Below, piece after piece: positions 38,801 through 53,800 of a stretch of 64,000 nucleotides of DNA. Numbering within the stretch: position 1 is the stretch's first letter; each line of letters begins with the position of its first letter. A program made the translations under genes and the position numbers. The notes beneath the pieces are model-generated. The model searched no databases. It was given only the letters and a program-made list of their open reading frames with translations, and was not told the DNA's origin. This DNA is from Vicugna vicugna (taxonomy: Eukaryota), in the NCBI GenBank assembly GCA_013265495.1, contig MU058844.1:6447260-6511259 (forward strand). The letters run 5' to 3'.

Positions 38801-41800
38801 CCGGGAAAGATCAAGGCCCACGGCATATCAACTATCATTAAATTAGTATTCTTACTCTGTAAAATTGTCAAAATGAAGAGAAGATGTGGATACACTATTA
38901 CACAAGGCAACGTGCCAGGGGATTCTGGGAAGATGGGCAGCGGGGAGTAGGAAGCACCAGGAACCTGTCTCCTAACCTAGACAACAACTGAACTGGCAGA
39001 ATCTGGTGTAAGTTGTTCGGACCTTGAGAGTTTACTGAAGACTTGTAACGTCCTGGGGAAGACCTGGGTGGTAAATTGTGGTTAATTTGGTCAATTTCAG
39101 CTCTCAGCACAGTGGCCGCCATCCATCCTTCACCCCACAGCCCCATGAGATAGGCAGTTGTTCCTGTGTTTCAGGATTAGCTTGCACACAGTTTGCAGGA
39201 GCCATGGTGGACAATGAGGACACTGTCCTCCAAACAAATACTGGTGATCTGTGCTCTGACTGCTGATTGTTGCTTCTGATCACAGATCTGCAAAGATTTC
39301 TGGATTTGAAAGGTGAATGTCCTTCCCTCAACACTCCCACTTAATTTTCTCTTTTTCCTCTTTTGGGAGACAGATATTAAAAGCTAGAATATTCATTTAA
39401 AAAAAAAGACGGGTATACAAAATCATCTGCATATATGGGGGACATGAGAAAGCCAGCACACTTGCCTGGGGAAAGGCACAAGATTAGAAAAGAACTAAAA
39501 AGACCTTTAGTTTATAACTCAGGCTAATCCTTGGCACAAACAGAGGCTGCAACAATGAAAACAAAAATGACAGAAACAGAAACAAAAAACCTAGAAAACC
39601 CTGAGGAAGAGAGAGAACCAGATTTCCAGAGTTATCACATTATTAGATTAAATGTCTAATTTTAAATAAAAACCACAAGGCATACAGAGAAACAGGAAAG
39701 TTTACGGCCTATTCAAAGGGAAAAAAAATCAACCAAAACTATCCCTAAGACAGACCTCGTGGCAGATTTACTAGACAAATAATTTAAAACAATTGTCTGA
39801 AAGATGCTCCAAGAACTAAAAGAAGAGAGAAAATGATGTATGAACAAAATGGAAATATCAATAAAGAGACAGAAAACCTGAAAAGAAATAATAAAGAAAT
39901 TTTGAAGCTGAAAAGTATAATAACTGAAACGAAAAATTCACTAGAATTCACCAGCAGGATTCACTAGGGGGATCTGCCTTTAAGTAGGAAGATAATGGAA
40001 TGGGTGAACTAGAAGATACACAATGAAATTATCAAGTCTAATAATGAGCAGAAAGGAAAAAACAAAGATTAAAGAAAAGTGAAGAGAACCTAAGGGACCT
40101 GTGAGACACCATGAAACGGATCAACACGTGCATCACGGGAGTCATGAAGGAAAGAAAGGACAGAAGACATAGGCAGAAAGAATGTTGGAAAAATAATGAC
40201 TAAAAATTTTCCAAATTCAGAGACAGACCTGAATACTAACATCCAACAAGCTCAATGAACTTGAAGTAAGATAAAGTCAAAGAGCTTCACACTAAGACAT
40301 ATTATAATCAAACTTTCCAAAGTCAAAGACAGAGAATCCTGAAAGAAGCAATTCGCCAGGTACAAGTGCTCCTCAGTAAGACTACCAGCGGGAAGCTCAT
40401 CAGAATCTTTGAAGTCCAGAAGGCAGTGTGCTAATACATTCAAGGTGCTGAAAGAAAAAACTGTCAATTAAGGCTCCTTTGGCAAAACTGTCCCTTACAT
40501 TAGGAAGAAATGAAGACGTTCCCAGATAAATAAACAAAACCTGAGAGAGTTCATTACTGTTAGACCTGTCCTGAAAGAAACACTAAGGGAGTTCTTCAGG
40601 TTGAAACAAAAGGATGCTAGACAGCGGTTCAAAGCAATATGAATAAATTAAGATCTCAGTAAAGGTAACTACATAACAAATTATAAAAGCAACCATTGTT
40701 TTTAAAATTGATTTATTTGGGGATGGGAATTAGGTTTACGTATTTATTTATTTCTAGAGGAGGTACTGGGGACTGAACGCAGGACCTTGTGTATGCTAAG
40801 CATGCACTCTACCATTTCAGCTATACCCTCCCCCACCAGAAGCAACTATTGTTAACAATAGTTTGTTAATGCCACTTTTTATCTTCTACATGATTTAAAA
40901 GACTAATACACTTAAAAACAAATGATCCTTAGCTTAAAAGCCAGTAATATTACAACTTTGGTTTGTAACTCTGCATTTTGTTTTTCCTACATGATTTAAG
41001 AGACTAATGTATTTAAAGAAATGATTAGTCTATGTTTTGGGCACACAATGTATAAAGGTATAATTCTGTGACATCAACCACTGAAAGGGGTGGAGATGCA
41101 ATTGTAAAGGAGCAGAGTTTGTGGGTGCTACTGAAGTTAAGCTGGTATAAATTCAAATTAAAGGGTTTATAACTTTATGATACAAAGGAGGAATGTGAAG
41201 TTGTCATTTAATAGATATATAGTTTCAGTTTTACAACATAAAAAGTGTGGATATGCTTGGTGGTGCACTGAATGCACTTAATACCAGTGAATGCACATTT
41301 AAAGTGGGTAAGATGGTAAATTTTTAGGTTATGTGCATCTTACCACAATAAAAAAACTGGAGGAAGAATTTACAAGGCTATGTGAGGAGCGACTGTGGAA
41401 AGCCTGTCAGGCAAGGAGTCTGACTTACACACTAGTTTTTGGATATACAAGCAACTTTTTTTTTTCTTTTTAAACACCTGCCAAATCACCTCTTTTTTAT
41501 ACTCTCTGGGGCTCCAGCTGTTTTCTTTCTGCAGCAGGACAAGGTCCCGCAAAGCAACTGTAACTTCTTTGCCATATCATATAGATGATGATGGAGGTTT
41601 CTTTTGGGAAAAGCTACATAAAGTCTGGGGAAATTTTTCAGATCTTTAAATCGAAATTTAAAAGTACAGAACACTTTGAAAATAGTTTTTCTTGGTTTCT
41701 AATGCAAAATCACAAACTTTCGTAAGATTCCAGAACAATTCTTTAACCACTGTCTCTTAGAAATTTCTAGAAGCATAAGAGGTTTAATATAAAATGCTAA

Positions 41801-44800
41801 AGATACTTTTAGTAATTATATAATCCCAGCCGAAAAATGCTACCAAGACTACTGATTTATATGCGTTCAAGTTTATTAATCTCAAGTATATTTGGCAGTA
41901 CCTAGTATGTTGTGGAACAAAAAAATCTCAAAATGTCAAGAGGAATTGGCCAAGATTATAAATATACTACTGTTTTAAAATGTATATTAATATATCATGC
42001 TTACCGCTGGACATTTACACAAATTTCAGTTATTGCTTACGAAAACCTTCTGTTCAGATATTCTTTAACTTACAACTGAGGATCTGGAAAGCTTTCTGGG
42101 CATTAGAAGACTATTATCAAATTTACTTACACATTAAAAATAAACTTGAACTTAGCTACATTTGTAATGGTGTGTTCACAACTGAACATTTGAACAGATA
42201 TACATATATTTGGCTTTTGATTAGAAAATTATTATCCTAATATCCAACTTTGAGAGACTAGAAAACAAGGCTATCAGGAGAGGAGCTGCAGATAACACTC
42301 ATGTTTACTTGTATATGTAGATGCAAAAGTTTTCATGCCAACTAGTGTAATCCTTTCATCTGACACGTGAAACTAGAACCAGACTTTCCCTAAGCCACGA
42401 GTCAGAGCTGAACGAGTCCTAGAAATTCTAACAGAGGTGACAATCTTTCCCTGCTCCCACCACCACCCCTTACCCTGCGCCCCAACACTTTCCTTCTCTT
42501 CTGCCCAAGCTGCCTCTTGCTATTCCCAAAGAATTCTTTCTAACACTTTTTGATAACTCTTGTAGCATCTCAGAACCTTTACTGTTTGGAAACTTGGTCC
42601 ATTATACATCTCAAATCTCACTTTCTAAACCCTCTCCTCCATTCCCAGTGAAAAAGCATGGCTGCTCATACTGGAGACTGTTGTTATGTGCTATGCGTGC
42701 CTCTTCTCACTAAATCAAATACTTCACTGCGCTTTAGTCTCTCCCTTTGCCTGTACTTCAGGTTTTGTTTATTTTCCCACAGTGTGTGGTAATACGTAAC
42801 GTTCTGTGAAGTTAATCTGAGATAGGGATCAAATATGAACTCCAGGTCTGAAAGCTGCCCAGCTTCATACATTTTTGCCTCGTCCTCAAAACTTATTCCA
42901 GCAAACTTATTGAATTTGACTTTTGGTCTGAGACAAAAAACACAATTTGCTGTGGTTTTTTTCTGTATTTATGATGTAGTAATTTTTCTCATCTTCTCTG
43001 GGTTTAAGGACGAGGATTGGTTGTTTAAACTTAAAGACAACTTTATTGGTTCTCTATAGGTTGGCTTCCAAACAGCATAAGTAAAAAAGAAAATAAACTC
43101 CATGAAATTTTAAGTCAACAAATAAAAATATAACCTAAATTTACTTTATAATTTAAAAGGTGCAAAACAAAGGTGCCAGTGTAGACCACTATGTCACATT
43201 AGACTTAATGCACCTTTTTATTTTAGATAGTATGTTATTATACATATTTTATGACAAAGTTGCAAAAATTCCCCCCAAAGAAAATTGAGATTTAGGTTCA
43301 TTAAATCTTCTGCTAAAAGAATTTTTTTAAAGAGAAGTTATGCACTGTGGACTCAACGACTAAGAAAATGTCATTTCTTCTCTGTTTCTGAGGTTCATTA
43401 TGAGCAGAATATAATAGGTGCTTAACGCTGGGAGACAATCCTCCATGAGTCTCACATTTCTGCATGTCTTATGACAGCCTTTTTCCAGACCATCTTTTCA
43501 AGGACCTTTGTATAGCTAACAGCCTGGGAAGACAGTGGTCGTACCTCCTGCTGTGTTAGGGGCACTATGCTACTTGGACTTACAGGGTACGGGGTACACT
43601 GATCCAACTGATGGGGTCTGGACATGGTTCACAGTGTAGAAGGAGCCACGGTTATCTGTGAGTGTGGTCCTTTAGGCCAAATCAATGTACTGTTGCTGTT
43701 GCTTCTCTATCGGAATGTAGACTAGAAATTGATGTGTTACATGCTTTTCTCTTCTGTCCCACAAGTGCTAGAGGAGATTATCCTAATGGGGAGGAGTTGC
43801 ACACAAAGAAGTGCTAGTGTGACAAACTCTCCTGTGATTTGACACCTGTGGGATGCCCAGTGGGTTGGGATTTAGTGACAGCACCTCTACCCTCTAATGC
43901 CCAAAGCTTTCACTATATAAATGATATTCTGTTAGTTGTCAAGTCTAATGATATGTGAATCATATTTTTATTTTTTAAAGCCTTAGTTTCAACTGTTCTG
44001 ATTATGGTAAGTGTCATAACACTTCTGCCAGCAGGAGTTGGCTGATAAATCCAAACAGAATTCTGGGGCCTACATTCTGAAGCATGTTGGTCATAGTTTT
44101 TGGGACTATGCGAGAGAATGTACAATGCTTAGTCTCTTCAGCAGCCAAGGAAAAGCTGTCTGTTTAGCCCTTAACCACACACACAAAAACAGGCCCAAAG
44201 TTTTTGGGACCCATTCAGTATTGCAGACAATACAAGTTTCTGTGGTTGACGATTTTGCCAGTTGGAGCCTCTGGCCTCTAGCTGGTGGCATCCCTTGTGG
44301 TTCTGGAGTGGTGGCTTTTCTGACACAGATACCAGCTATATTCTTATTGAAAAACAGCTGTAAGCTTCCTACTGGACTATTTTAAAAATTAAATGACTGA
44401 CTCCTGGAGACTTTATGACTCTCTGGCCTGATATTTCAAGTTTGGGGTAGAATAACTCACACTGAATGACTAACAAGGTGTGAAGGTGTCCCCAAACCTC
44501 ACTTGTCAAAAGGAATAGCCAGACTGGCCCCAGTGGCATCTTGGCTTTACATGACAAAGTGGAAGCCATACTTCTCAGGGAAACTTTATCTTCATCCCAT
44601 GGTCTGAACCAAAGCTGCTGGCTTGGACAGACCTCAGTTCACTCTGGTTCCCCTAAATGCTTGGGCCTGATTCAGAGATGGTTCAACTAAGCGGAAACCG
44701 ATCTTACTGACTCTTGAGCTGCAGCCAATGGCCTCACAATTTGGTCTGACATGTGGAAAACTACTGACACGTGGCTGACTAAAGAGACTCCATTTTGAGC

Positions 44801-47800
44801 CTTTACACAGGGAAGCAAATTACGGCTGCTCGTAGAGCTGCTCTGACTACTCACATGAATATCCATAATAAGGGCCCATTCCCTGATGAGCCGACTAGAA
44901 GCAAGTCACTGATTAGGTCTGATTGCATTTCTGACATGGAGAGTGGGTGCCAGACTTGCGCTTTCTGCAAAATTTACCCACTTGTCTTATGACAGAGGAG
45001 GCCCCACTGCATGGATCTTTTCTTGCTCCTGCCTGCTCTTGGAAAACTGACCTTGTAACACTTTCAACACTTTAACGACTTTTGATACCTTTTCAGGTTA
45101 TCTATCAGCTGGCTTTGACCATATAACTGGTCCTTGAAATTAGTCTGTGTAATTTTTCAGTTTTCTGGACCATTGGAGCCTGACAGCTATGTACCTTTTA
45201 TCACAAAAGCTACTCAACAGTGGGCTGATGGTCTGACTTCACCACTCTCACTTCCTTCTCTGTCCACGCACGTTAACAAGGCCGTTTGATCAGTTAATGT
45301 GGCTGTCCCCAGAAAGGGATCATACCCTTGCAGCTACTTCTTAGGTATGAGCAGGAAAACGTGAAGTGCCTGGAGGACAACACAGACCTAGCTCGACAAC
45401 TCAGGATTCTGTCCTGACCATTCCTGGGCATGAGGCATATTTCTTTTCTCTAACAGGTAGTCCCAGGCCAGCATGATCGACACATCCTGAGGGTGCAAAG
45501 GAGGTTTAGGGTTTACACACTTAATCCTGGTTAAGTTTTATAAAAATGAACTTGCTCATCTTCTTCCAGACCCTTTCAGATGACAGGTCTAGGTGTGATT
45601 AGAGAATGATTGGGAAAAAAGGTGAAGTTAGAGCTACTGAAATGGGAAGCACTAATTTTTAGAAGGTAATAGAGAATAATCATTCGGTACCTTTCAAAGG
45701 AAAACCTTAGATTCTGAGACGTACAGGGAAGGGAAGAACATTAATGACCTTTTGTCCTTTATGATGACCTGAAGCCTTCCTCCATAAGAGAAATGCCCCT
45801 GTAGGGCCCTCACAAGCTTCTGCAAGCACCTTACATTTAACTTACCACTTGGTCTGCCATCTCCTTCCAGGAGGCTGTGACCATGCTGTGACAGTCATTT
45901 CCCTTAACTTTACTGAGAAGCCTATCAAGGCAGCAGGGGACCGCCCCAGGATCCTGCACCTTTCACGTAAAACATCTCCGGGTATTTTCCCCACTCCCGT
46001 TCTCAGTCATCCTATGGGGTGGACAAATGCCACCTGGAAGCTGTCCATGAAGGATAAAACCTCAGATCCCTCATGGTTCTTGGCACTTAAAAAAGTTAAG
46101 GTAAACTACGCTTAACAAAACTAAAGCAAACTGACTCTTGGTTGTCAGTGTCCCCTTGGTTAACGATTTGTTAAATGCAATCACATTTCAGAGGGGCGAC
46201 TTCATGGCAGATTGAGCCAGTCTTTTTGCTTGAGGCTAATTTATTAAGACAATTTTATATTTACTTCTTTGATAGCATGTAATTCACTGAAAATATCCAA
46301 ATGCATTTCTGGCATCTCCTGAACAGGGGGCTATTATATCTGACTGTGTACCTATCCCAGCACCAAGCATGGTGCCTGCCATATTGTAAGCATTCAGTAT
46401 TTGTTGGCTGGGAGGGGATAAAAAAAGTTTGCACAGATGTATATGACTACAACTTTTTTGTGATATGTCTTAAAGAAAAGTCTGGACTTAATCCAGAGTC
46501 AACTATTGTTGTGACTTAAATAAGCAATAAAAGGGAAGACCTTTTTGAATATTCAAAGGACTTGAGAGATAACCTACTAAAATTAATAAGTGTTTTCAAC
46601 AAAGTCTCTGGATACAAGGTCAGTATGCAAAATTAAAATAATATCAGAAAACATCAAATACCTAGGAATAAATCTAACCAAAAATGTGTTAAGACCACTA
46701 TGAAGAAAACTACAGAGCCTTAGGGGCAGAGATTTTAAGTGGCTTAAATAAATGATGAAATTAGTCTACATTCATGAATGTAAAAATTTAATATCCTAAA
46801 AATATCAGTTCTCCCAAATTGACTCATAGATTCACTGCAATCTCAGAGAAAATCCTAATGTATACTGTGCAGATTGACAGGATGATTCTAAAATTCATAC
46901 ATAAATAAAACAGGTCAACAGTAGCAATAGTAGTAGTTCTTTCTTGGAGAGGAAAAACCAAGTTGGAGCTCTTATAAGACTAGATAACAAAACTTATTAT
47001 AGATTATACATTAATTAAAGTAGTGACATAAGGATAAGAACAGAATGATGAGAAAAATTAAGAGAATCCACGCAGTTTCCCAAATTTGAACAAAGTTTCC
47101 ACTCATCCATTGTGAAACGTACTGGCTGTACAACAAGTGGTCCTGAGCTCATAAGATAACCAGATATGTATGTCTGAAGGGGATCTTGACCCCTTCCTCA
47201 CACTGCAGCCAAAAATTAATTCCAGATGTAACCACAGACTTAAATATTGGAAGTTAAGATAATAAAATTTCTAGAATATCCTAATGACATATGAGCAAGT
47301 AAAAATTTCTTGTACATCACAATGATTAAAAACTCTTATTTTAAATTTAAAATTAGAAATATTCTGTTCATCAAAATAAACCAGAAAGAGAGAAAAGGTA
47401 AATTCCAGAATTTAGAGAAGACATTTGTAAGCAAAAACAAGGAAAACAAGGAAAAATATATTCTCTGTATTCAGAATATATAAAGAACGCCTACAAATCA
47501 ATAAGAAAAAAGATACACAACCCAACTTACAAATGTACAAATGCTTGATCATGTCACAAATCCAAATATCCAAATGGCCAGTAAACATATGAAAAAGTAT
47601 TCAACATTATTAGTTATGAGAGAAATGCAAATTAAAACAGCTAGAAACACATTACAGATCTCCTGGAATGAGAAAAAGACATGAAAACACAAAGTGTTGG
47701 TGAGGACAGAACTCTTCTGAAACTCATATTCTGCTGATAGGACTGTAGACTGATACAATCACTTTGGAATAATATCAGGTACTATCTACTAAACATAGGT

Positions 47801-50800
47801 AAACGTTATGACACAGAAATTCAATTCCCAAAAGAAATTTGAGTATGCACATCAAATGACGTGTACAAAAACGTTCATAGCATCTTTAGGCATAATAGAC
47901 AATATCAGAAATAACTCAGTAACAAATAATCCACCAATAGTAGGACAGTGGTATATTCAAATAATAGATTAAAATGTAGTATAATCAAAGAATGGTAAAT
48001 ATACAGCTACACTCAACCACATAGATTAATCTCACCGACATAATATTATGTGAAAAAAAAAAAGAGTACATACTGGATGATTCCACTTATAGGAAGCTCA
48101 AAACTAGGCAAAACTAATCTATGATGATGGAGGTGTGAATGCTATGCAGACATGAGGAAGTCTTCTGGGGATAGATAGTCATATATTCTATATCTTAATC
48201 TAAGTGTTGGTGATGGGGATTTAACTGTCTAGAGAAGAGGGAACAGAATGTGGAGAACTAAGGATGTAAAAGACAAGTAAGTGCTCTGTCCAGTAAGAAG
48301 ATGCTCAGTGTGGCTAGAGCATACGGACGCCACTGGTGGAAGTGGCGAAGATGTCTCTAGAGTTTGCTGCCTTGTTGTGGAATACTTCAGTAACAATTTA
48401 AGGAGAGCGCTTTCATTTTGCTAGGCAACAAAGAACGACTAATGGTTGCTCAAGAGAACATAAATAAGCTTAGAGTTATACTTAATGAAGAATAATTGAT
48501 AAAACATTGTGTAAATCCGGTTGAAGAATACACAGAAATTCTTGTAAATATTCTATAACCATGTTTACACACTGTAAAAGCCTGTGTCTTAGATGAAGCA
48601 GATTTAAAAAATTAGAAGCATACATTTTTGAGTGTGATTTGAAAAAAATCCGCAACACAGTATTAAGAGGATAAAAATCCTAGAAACTGGTTTAGATCCA
48701 AAACAGTACACTAAAATATTTTAAGACCATATTTATATGTTGTAGTTGGCACTTACTTCATCAAATGTAAAATCTTCTAAATCTATTTCTTCATACTCTG
48801 CTTCAGATTCTTCACTCTTAATAGCCTCGAGAGCCGTTGTCAGTTTTTTTCGCAAAAGAAAGCCCTTCCAAACTGCCTAAACAAAAATTTAAAGCATGTT
48901 ATACAAGGTTATAGATCAAACTCCAAACCAGATTCTCTGTGTTATCCCATTAGGAAGATAAAACATCTTAGACCTCAGTCTAATGGCTCAATAATCTGTT
49001 TTTTGAACTTTATGTGACACTTAAAACTGCAAGATAAATGGAACGACTGCTTGTGTCTAAAGTTCTGAATCTCAGGAGACTTTCCTTGTGGTAAGCAGAA
49101 TAGAATCTTTCAAACTCCCTCAACTGCACATGTAGGTCAACCAATCAGTTATCTGACAATTCCTCCAGGACCCATTCTAAATTAAGAAGAAAGAGATACA
49201 GAGGAAAACCAATTTTGCTAATTTTCAAATGATTGTGTATAAAATAAACTAACACACATTTAGGAAAACTTCTACATATATAAATGACCATATTAGAGAC
49301 TTGGTATTCTGGCCCTTAACAATGAACTAATTTCATCTTTAAATAAACCAAGCACGTATAACAGAATTAAAAACATTCAGATTCATCAATAAAATTGGAG
49401 TAGGAAAAGCTTTCCTAACTATAACTCCAAGAATGTGGGAGCTTTTAAAAAATGAGTATCTTTATATACTGGTACGGAGTAAGCTCCAGGATACGAAGTA
49501 AGTGTGTATTGCACGCTTCCATTTATCTATGAAAAACCATATAAAATGGATAACAAACAAATATATAAACCTAAATATTTAAACATACAGGTATATTTGG
49601 TATCTAATATTTGAAAAGTGAAAGCATAAAGCATAAAGTTAATTTTAAAAATTGTTACTTATAGAGGTAGAAAACAGGGTAGAAGGTACAGCAATAGAAG
49701 ACAGACTTCTCTGAATACACCTTGCTTAGATTTGGCTTTGGAATTGTGCCCGTGCATGAGATAACCATAAAATAAATTAATATGAAATGAAAAGAAATTC
49801 CTGAGAAAATATAAAAATATATTTTCTGCTATGGGCATAACTACACAGAAGTTACTTAAAGTGACTTCAAAATAGATTTGACTATAATCCTAGTGAAATA
49901 CACTCAAAAGATAAATTTAATTACAAAAGTTACCTTAAATATGTTTTCAGTAATTATATTGTTAGTAATAAAATTGGTACTGTTATTCTGAAAAAAAATT
50001 ATATTGAGAAGAGGAATATACAAACATAATTGTCAGAGCATATATGACAGTAGAAGTCACACACAATCTCTGCAGCCAACAGCCTAGCAAGCCAAGTCAC
50101 AACAATTAGCCAAGAATGGTTAAGACTTGGTCAATGACTGCCAACTTCTCTATTTCTTGTCCCTACTTCTAACTGAGGGCCAACCAGAGATAGTCAAATA
50201 TGCTTCCCAAAGCAATCACATAAGATGACCCACTTCTAGTTGGGCATGTATGTATGTATGTATGTATGTGTGTGTGGGTACACATAAGAACATACGTAGT
50301 GAAAATAAACAAGGACTACACAAATGAGAGAAAACAGGTTACAGCAAGGGAGTCAGCCACCATCACTGGCCTTTGGCATAGACTCAAAGGCAGGAAAGGG
50401 AGTAGGAAGAATGTACATACATTTATGTACAGTGATGAACACGTAATTGTCACATAGAAGGCATTCATTAAATATTATTTCGCCAATTTCCTTGTCCCCT
50501 TGTTTTTGACAATTCTATTTACTTTTTAGTTTATCAAATAAAAAAAGTGTGAAATTAAATACTGTAGAAAGTTCAAAAACTGTAGTTAATTAAATTTAAA
50601 TCATTTTTGCCTCTTAACATGAATTTCAGTATAGAAATAATATTCTACTATTTTCTAACTTGCTATGAATAAATTACAACTGCTCAAGAGATTTCAAAGC
50701 TCTTCTAATTTGAGGAGAAAGGATGTTAAGATGAATTAAGAATTTCAACAGTATTAAATGGTAAAAACAGAAGAGAGGACATCTTTGTGTGATGAGGAAC

Positions 50801-53800
50801 ATCATTAAAAGTACTGCCTGAGAAAGAGAACTTTCTCTTTTAAACTTGCCTACGGTGGAGAACACCATCAGCTTTCCGCCCTCTTTATCAGTCCCCTGTA
50901 GGCGGGCTGTTATTACAGACCTGGGCATGTCACATGCTGTGGGTGACTGGCATGTGTAAGCTAGCTACCTTGGAGGGAAACATAATATTTGTGATTTTCC
51001 CCCTTTTGTCTTGGTCTGCTTAGGGGCTGGAGTAACAAAAATACCATAGACTTGGTGGCTTTTAAATAACAAACATTTACATCTCCCAGTTCCTGAGGAG
51101 GCTAGGGAGTCTAAGACCCAGGCATTGACAGATTCATTGTCTGCTGAGAGCAGGGTCCTGGTTCACAGATGGCTGTCTCCTCACTGTGTCCACACATAGT
51201 GGTGGGGACTAGAGAGCTCTCTGGAGTCTCTTTAATAAGGGGACTAATTCCATTCACGGGGCTCCACCATCATGACATACTCACCTCTCAAAGGCCCCAC
51301 CTCCAAATATCATTACATTGGGGATTAAGTTTCACTATGATGAATTTTGTGGAGAACACAAACATTCAGCCTATAGTACCCTTCATTTTGGGATTTTTAA
51401 AAACTCCTTTTTTTTTATTTCTTTATCTAGCACTTATTCTCTCTTGGTTCCTTGTTACCTTTCAAAAGGCCTTCTCTCTGACACGACAAATGGGTGTGTA
51501 ACTTCTCCATACTGGGGAGGCACCCTTCATAGCCCTTCTTCCCTGACCCTGTTCTAGCAAGGTTCTAAGCATTAGGGAAACATGCCTTCTTTCCACTGAT
51601 TCTATTTTTGGCAGATCATCTTCTCTTCCTCATGTATCCGTACCCACTCCCCTTTTTCTTATACTAACATAATGATAAGGTATCAAGATAAGGTGCAGAT
51701 CTAGGGAGAAGAGAGTATAAAGGGAATTCTTTAATACAGATCTTCAGTGATAAGAGCAAAGTATTGATTTATTATACCTTACAGTGGATCCAGCCCAACA
51801 CATTAGGGATAAGACTTCTGCAAAGTTCTAGACCGTGAGGCATGATGTGTACTTTTCTGATGTGACACATGTAGATACCTCCCTCATGAATCTGCAGAGG
51901 GTTAGAATTCAAGTCCCAGCCACCTCTATTCAGTTTATGAGAAATAAAGGTAATATAAATGTGTAACAATGGCTTAAAGACTTAAACATAAGACAAGACA
52001 CTATGAACTTCTTAAAAGAAAACAGGCAAAACTTTCTCCAACATAAATCTTAGCAATGTTCTCCTAGGGCAGGCTATGCAGGCAATAGAAACAAGAGCAA
52101 AAATAAACAAATGGGACCTAATTAAACTTATAAACTTTTGCACAGCAAAGGAAACTGTAAACAAAATGAAAAGACAATCTACAGAAAAAGAGAAAATATT
52201 TGCAAACAGTGTGACTGACAAGGCCTTACTTTCTAGAATATACAAACACATAATTCAATAACAGACTCAATAACAACCCAATCAAAAAATGGTAGAAGAC
52301 CTAAACAAACGCTTCTCCAATGAAGACATACAAATCGTCAGTAGGCACATGAAAAAATGCTCTAAATTGCTAAGTAACAGAGAAATGCAAATCAAAACTA
52401 CAATGAGGTATCACCTCACACCAATCAGAATACCCATCATCAAAAAGTCCACAAAAAATAAATACCAGAGAGGGTGTGGAGAAAAGGGAACCCTCCTTCA
52501 CTATTGGTGGGAATGTAGTTTGGTGCAGCTATCATGGAAAACAGTATGGAGATTCCTTAAAAAATGAAAATAGACTTACTATATGATCCAGCAATCCCAC
52601 TCCTGGGCATATATCTGGAGGAAATTCTAATTCAAAAAGATACCTGTACCCCAGTGTTCATAGCAGCACTATATACAATAGCCACGACATGGAAGCTAAC
52701 TAAATGTCCATTGACAGATGAATGGATAAAGAAGATACATACATACACAATGGAATGCTACTCAGCCATAAAAAAAATGAAATAATGTCATTTGCAGCAA
52801 CAAGGATGGACCTGGAGATTCTCATTCTAAGTGAAGTAAGCCCCAGAGAGAAAGAAGAAATACTGTATGACATCACTCATATGTGGAATCTTAAGAAAAA
52901 GGCACAAATGAACTTATTCATAAAACAGAAACAGACTCACAGATATAGAAAACAAACTTATGGTTACCAGTGGGGGAAGAGGGTGGGAAGGGATAAACTG
53001 GGAGAGACTAACTACTATACATGAAATAGATAAACAGCAAGGTCTTACTGTATATCACAGGAAATTATATTCAACATCTTGTAATAACCTATAATGAAAA
53101 AAGTATGCAAAGCAATATATATGTGCAACTGAATCACTATGCTGTACACCATAAATTAACACATTGTAAATCGATGATATTTCAACAAAAACAAGTTTTC
53201 AAAATGTGTAGTAAGTAATGTTCAGATTTTTCTTCTAACTTATTTACTCATGTCAAGGTTTTAATTTTCTCCCCATAATTCATTTATGATTTTATGATTT
53301 ACATCTTTCTTTCTCATATATTCAAATCAATTCTGTGGCCTTCTATCAATTCTGACTTGTGTCTGTATTAGACAAATCTGACATCTTTTCCTTTTCTAAC
53401 TACCATTAACTCCCAGTCCCAGAACATATCACACATTTGTTTCTTGTTAAAATTGTTCATGCATCTCTGACCATTTTCCTCCTATATTCTCTTTATACTC
53501 TGGCCCTTATGGTTGTCTGGTTGCACTATAACTTCTTATGATACCAGGAACATGAATTCTAAGTTGTTTTACTCCCAGTATCCTTTATACCTGGATTCCA
53601 TCCTCTTACCTAGTTACATCGAGTCCTGTCTATTTCTCAAGTTGTATCTTACATTCTTTGTATTAGTTAGGGTAAGCTAAGTGCCATAATAAAAACATTC
53701 AAAAATGTATAATAATTCAAAAACAATAATTTATTTCCTGATCACATAACAAGCACTGAGAGGGTGAACAAGACATTGAGCAGCATCTTACCAAAAGTGA

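Noticed and set aside
52076..53024. Cluster of plus-strand ORFs
   Set aside because: These are frameshifted L1 ORF2 C-terminal fragments, not a host gene.
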